Source: Thermoplasmata archaeon
GTDB lineage: Archaea; Thermoplasmatota; Thermoplasmata; Lutacidiplasmatales; UBA184
Reading direction: 5' to 3'
Assembly: GCA_028864975.1 (NCBI GenBank)
Contig: JAGWLG010000037.1
Location: 1-35,913, forward strand
Length of the DNA: 35,913 nucleotides
The position numbers were made by a program, and so were the translations under genes. The number at the start of each line of letters is the position of its first letter. Position 1 is the first letter of the stretch. Under the pieces are notes generated by a model. The model did not search any database, was not told where the DNA came from, and was given only the letters and a program-made list of their open reading frames with translations. Of this stretch, positions 33,034 through 35,913 are shown in pieces.

Positions 33034-35187
33034 CTAGATGAGCCGCAGCAGGTCCTGCCGCGGTCGATAGACCTCGTTCCCGCGTTCGAGCTCGTCCAGG
33101 ATGCGCTTCGCCTCGGCGTCGCCGATCCCCTCGGACCGGGCGGCCGAGACGAGGTCGCGTTCGGAGACGCCCTGGGCCTGGGGGTTCTGGGCCTGGAGCC
33201 GCTCGAGCAGGTGGCGGACCTTCCCGATCTGGTCCCGGTGGCTCGCCGTGATGCCCGTGAAGAGAAGGTCGATGTCGCGCTTCCCCTCGCCCGTGGAGGT
33301 GACCTCGGAGAGGAAGTGCTCCATGATCCGGACCGCCCGGTCCGCGTCCAGGATCGTCGCCTGAGCGCTCAAGCGGGACCGGGCGGCCGCTTCCGTCAGC
33401 CGGACCAGCGCCTCGAGCTGGCGGGGCGTGATGGCGATCCCCCCCCGTGCCCCCGTGTCCTCCTCCTGCGGGAGGACCTTTCGCATGTCCATGTAGTAGG
33501 ACTCGAGCTTGGCGTAGGCCTCCGCGTCCATCACCGGGCGGACGTTCTGCCGAGCATACGCGATGTACTTCTTCAGGAACTCCTGGGAGAAGAGCCCCGC
33601 GGGCGTGGCGACCTCGACGCTCCCGGTCCGGTGGCGCTCCCCCTCGCGGGCCTCGGCCTCCTGGTGCTGCGAGAGGATGGCCCGGGCGAGGTTGCGGTCC
33701 GTGGTCTCGTCCGGGCGGTCGCGGAGCGGAAGGATCACGTCGAACCGCGAGAGCAGGGTCGGCGGAAGGTCGAACTGGAGGTGCGGAGGCTGGTCCATCG
33801 TGAATCGTCCGAACTTCGGGTTCGCCGCCGCCAGGACCGGACACTTGGCCGATAGCGTGGCAGTGATCCCTGCCTTGGCGATCGAGATCTGTCCCTGCTC
33901 CAGGCCCTCGTGCATCGCCGAGCGGTCCTCCTTGGACATTTTGTCTGCTTCGTCGAGCGCCAGAAGACCGCCGCTCGCGAGCACCATGGCCCCCGCCTCG
34001 AGGGACCAGCGACCTGTGGCCTCGTCGCGGACCGCCGCCGCCGTGAGCCCGGCGGAGGTCGTTCCCTTCCCGCTCGCGTAGACGCCGCGAGGGGCCGTTC
34101 GTGACACATAGAGCAAGAGTTGGGACTTGGCGAGCCCCGGGTCCCCGATGATCAAACAATGGATGTCGCCCCGGACCCTGACCCCGTCGGGGAGGAGCTT
34201 CTCGACGCCCCCAAAGAGCTGGAGCGCGATGGCCTCCTTCTCCCAGCGCATCCCCTTGATGCTGGGGGCGAGCGAGTCGACGATCCGGTCGAAGACCGCG
34301 GGGTCCCCCCGCCAGCGCTCGATCTCCGCGCGGTCCTCGTCCCCTATCTCGATCTCGCCGTACTCCTTGCTCCGCTTCTCCAGCGAGACCGCGACCAGGA
34401 CCACGTCAAGGAGGCTGTGGGTCGCTCCCGCTCCACGCCCGGGCGCCGGGCGCGGCACGGCCCGCAACACCCCGGTCACGGTGACCCGGGTCCCGGGGTA
34501 GATCTGTTCGACGAGGTCCTCGGAAAGATGGACGGCCAGGTTCTCGGGGTTGCGGCCTCCCTTGAGCCGTTCCGGGTCCTCCTGGAGGTCGAGCCGCTGG
34601 AAGTCCACCGTCAGGCTCTCGGCCTCGAGGAAGGAGAAGCGGGCCTTGAAGGCCGGCTTGCCGCAGCCGTTCTGGGCCGGGTCGCACTCGGGAGGGACGC
34701 GCAGGGTCGGCAGGGTCCGTTCCTGGGGCCACCGGATCTTCTGGCGGCAGGCCGCGCACTCGAAGACCGCCTCCACGACCTGGGGCTGGGTCGTCGAAGC
34801 ACGACGGATGACCCCGTCGATCGCCACGAGCTTCCCTAGATGCTCTCGGCGGAGCAGGTGGACCGGGATGTGCTGGTCGCTCGGCAGCTCGGCCACGCGG
34901 AGGCGGATCGGTCCGTTGAGCGCGGCGGTGGCGGGGAGGAGCTCCCGCATCGCGGCCTCCCCGGCCGCGAGGCACGTCTCCGGTCGTTCCAGCAGCGTGT
35001 CGGCGAGACCACGGTCGATCCGCTCGAGGTCCCCGAACGGCACCGTGAGCGAGCGGTCCTGAGGGTAGTTCTCGGCGATCTCCAGGACCCGCCGTCGTAG
35101 GTCCGCCTCCTCGAGGAAGGCCATCCACCGGGCCGTCTGCTCGCCGCTCGAGAGCGCGGTGGTGGAGGCGGTCGTGACGATGGCCAT
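33034..35187 (-). CDS. mcm: Replicative helicase MCM
   Basis: Zn finger C..C/C...C, Walker A GDPGLAKSQLL, Walker B LDEADKM, ISIAKAGI, arginine finger LLSRFD, RQLEALVRL, C-terminal wH. Confidence 0.96.
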   Translation of the reverse strand: MAIVTTASTTALSSGEQTARWMAFLEEADLRRRVLEIAENYPQDRSLTVPFGDLERIDRGLADTLLERPETCLAAGEAAMRELLPATAALNGPIRLRVAELPSDQHIPVHLLRREHLGKLVAIDGVIRRASTTQPQVVEAVFECAACRQKIRWPQERTLPTLRVPPECDPAQNGCGKPAFKARFSFLEAESLTVDFQRLDLQEDPERLKGGRNPENLAVHLSEDLVEQIYPGTRVTVTGVLRAVPRPAPGRGAGATHSLLDVVLVAVSLEKRSKEYGEIEIGDEDRAEIERWRGDPAVFDRIVDSLAPSIKGMRWEKEAIALQLFGGVEKLLPDGVRVRGDIHCLIIGDPGLAKSQLLLYVSRTAPRGVYASGKGTTSAGLTAAAVRDEATGRWSLEAGAMVLASGGLLALDEADKMSKEDRSAMHEGLEQGQISIAKAGITATLSAKCPVLAAANPKFGRFTMDQPPHLQFDLPPTLLSRFDVILPLRDRPDETTDRNLARAILSQHQEAEAREGERHRTGSVEVATPAGLFSQEFLKKYIAYARQNVRPVMDAEAYAKLESYYMDMRKVLPQEEDTGARGGIAITPRQLEALVRLTEAAARSRLSAQATILDADRAVRIMEHFLSEVTSTGEGKRDIDLLFTGITASHRDQIGKVRHLLERLQAQNPQAQGVSERDLVSAARSEGIGDAEAKRILDELERGNEVYRPRQDLLRLI

Positions 35188-35216
35188 GCCTCTCCTGTGT
35201 CCTCGCGACGGGGTCC

Positions 35217-35913
35217 CTACGGCTGAAGGCGGAACCGGTCCCGGGGGAACAAGCGCCCCTCACGGATATTACTGAGCCCCGCGAGCCGCTGGACGATGCG
35301 GTCCAGGCCCAGGGCGAAGCCCCCGTGGGGCGGCATCCCGTAGCGGAAGGCCTCCAGGTAGGATTCGAAGGAGGCGGGGTCCAGTCCGGCGCTCCGGATC
35401 TGCGACTCCAACCGATCCAGCCTGTGCTCCCGCTGACCGCCGGAGAGCATCTCCAGCCCTCGGAACTCGAGGTCGAAGTAGTTCGTGAGCTCCGGGTGGT
35501 CGTCCTGCCTCATGGCGTAGAAGGTCCCCATCTTGAGGGAAGTGGGAAACTCGGTGAGCAGGTAGAACTCGTTCCCGTACTTCTCTTCCACCTTGCTCCC
35601 CAGGGCCTTCTCGTCCTCGGACCCCATGTCCGCCTCGAACGCGGCGGTGCCCTTCTCGCGCCCGAGGAGCTCGGCGCCCTCCCGGAAGGAGACCCGGGGG
35701 AACGGACGGCGCACCTCCGGCACCTTCGAGGCGAGCGCGGAGCCTCGCGCCTCGAGCCGGGCCTTCGTACGCCGGAAGGTCCCGGCGACGAGCTCCTCGA
35801 CGGTGTTCCACAGGTCCTGGGGCCCCTCCAGGTAGGCCATCTCCGCGTCGATGCTGGTGAACTCGGTGATATGGCGGACGGTGTCGGAAGGTTCCGCGCG
35901 GAACGCGGGGGCG
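35217..35913 (-). CDS. aspS: Archaeal-type aspartyl-tRNA synthetase, 3' part (5' truncated by window edge)
   Basis: Motif 2 FRAEPSDTVRHITEF, LSGGQREH, motif 3 GMPPHGGFALGLDR, LFPRD..RL.P. Confidence 0.93.
   Translation of the reverse strand, partial: APAFRAEPSDTVRHITEFTSIDAEMAYLEGPQDLWNTVEELVAGTFRRTKARLEARGSALASKVPEVRRPFPRVSFREGAELLGREKGTAAFEADMGSEDEKALGSKVEEKYGNEFYLLTEFPTSLKMGTFYAMRQDDHPELTNYFDLEFRGLEMLSGGQREHRLDRLESQIRSAGLDPASFESYLEAFRYGMPPHGGFALGLDRIVQRLAGLSNIREGRLFPRDRFRLQP

Noticed and set aside
3150-33855. Many long antisense or off-frame ORFs (e.g. 3150-4238, 4043-5014, 19567-20937, 22626-24521, 32938-33855)
   Set aside because: Typical of high-GC DNA with few stops; each overlaps a recognisable gene and has no motifs
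33034-35187. Intein or viral-type MCM
   Set aside because: Continuous 717-aa MCM with no insertion, in a core-gene context (aspS, DUF424)
1-35913. CRISPR array, rRNA or IS transposase
   Set aside because: No regularly spaced repeats, rRNA-like sequence or DDE/HUH motifs noticed

Overview
High-GC archaeal chromosome segment. MCM, DUF424, an archaeal-type AspRS, CCA-less tRNAs, an A1-U72 initiator tRNA and HTH_10 indicate an archaeon; a Thermoplasmata-like lineage is my inference and is unverified. Left to right: (1) a class III PHA synthesis operon (orphan small ORF, AbrB-like regulator, phaB, phasin-like ORF, phaE, phaC, crotonase with a long tail) ending at tRNA-Thr(GGT); (2) a Nudix-like gene; (3) a phosphatase-methyltransferase-PiT operon divergent from an HTH_10 regulator; (4) a 7-TM protein and a 1099-aa membrane-anchored GH42-like/PKD protein; (5) a VOC protein and tRNA-iMet, whose 3' end is duplicated 1.6 kb downstream (16-bp att pair) around a decayed integrase-like frame and a RelE-type TA module, followed by a PIN/RHH TA module; (6) a ~10 kb sulfur/redox locus (trx, DUF302, methyltransferase, DUF1059, dsrE2, arsR, tusA, variant mvhD, hdrL-like, hdrA, wHTH, hdrC-like, half-CCG hdrB-like) with no hydrogenase in the window; (7) two divergent orphan membrane proteins sharing an unnamed domain; (8) sodX/sodN (Ni-SOD); (9) a Zn-ribbon/Pro-rich protein, DUF424, mcm and the 3' part of aspS. 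The strongest novelty candidates are the PHA operon with a helix motif shared by four of its proteins, the TusA/DsrE-linked Hdr-like complex, the minimal tRNA-integrated TA element and the paralogous membrane pair. All family calls come from motif recognition by eye; no database searches were run.
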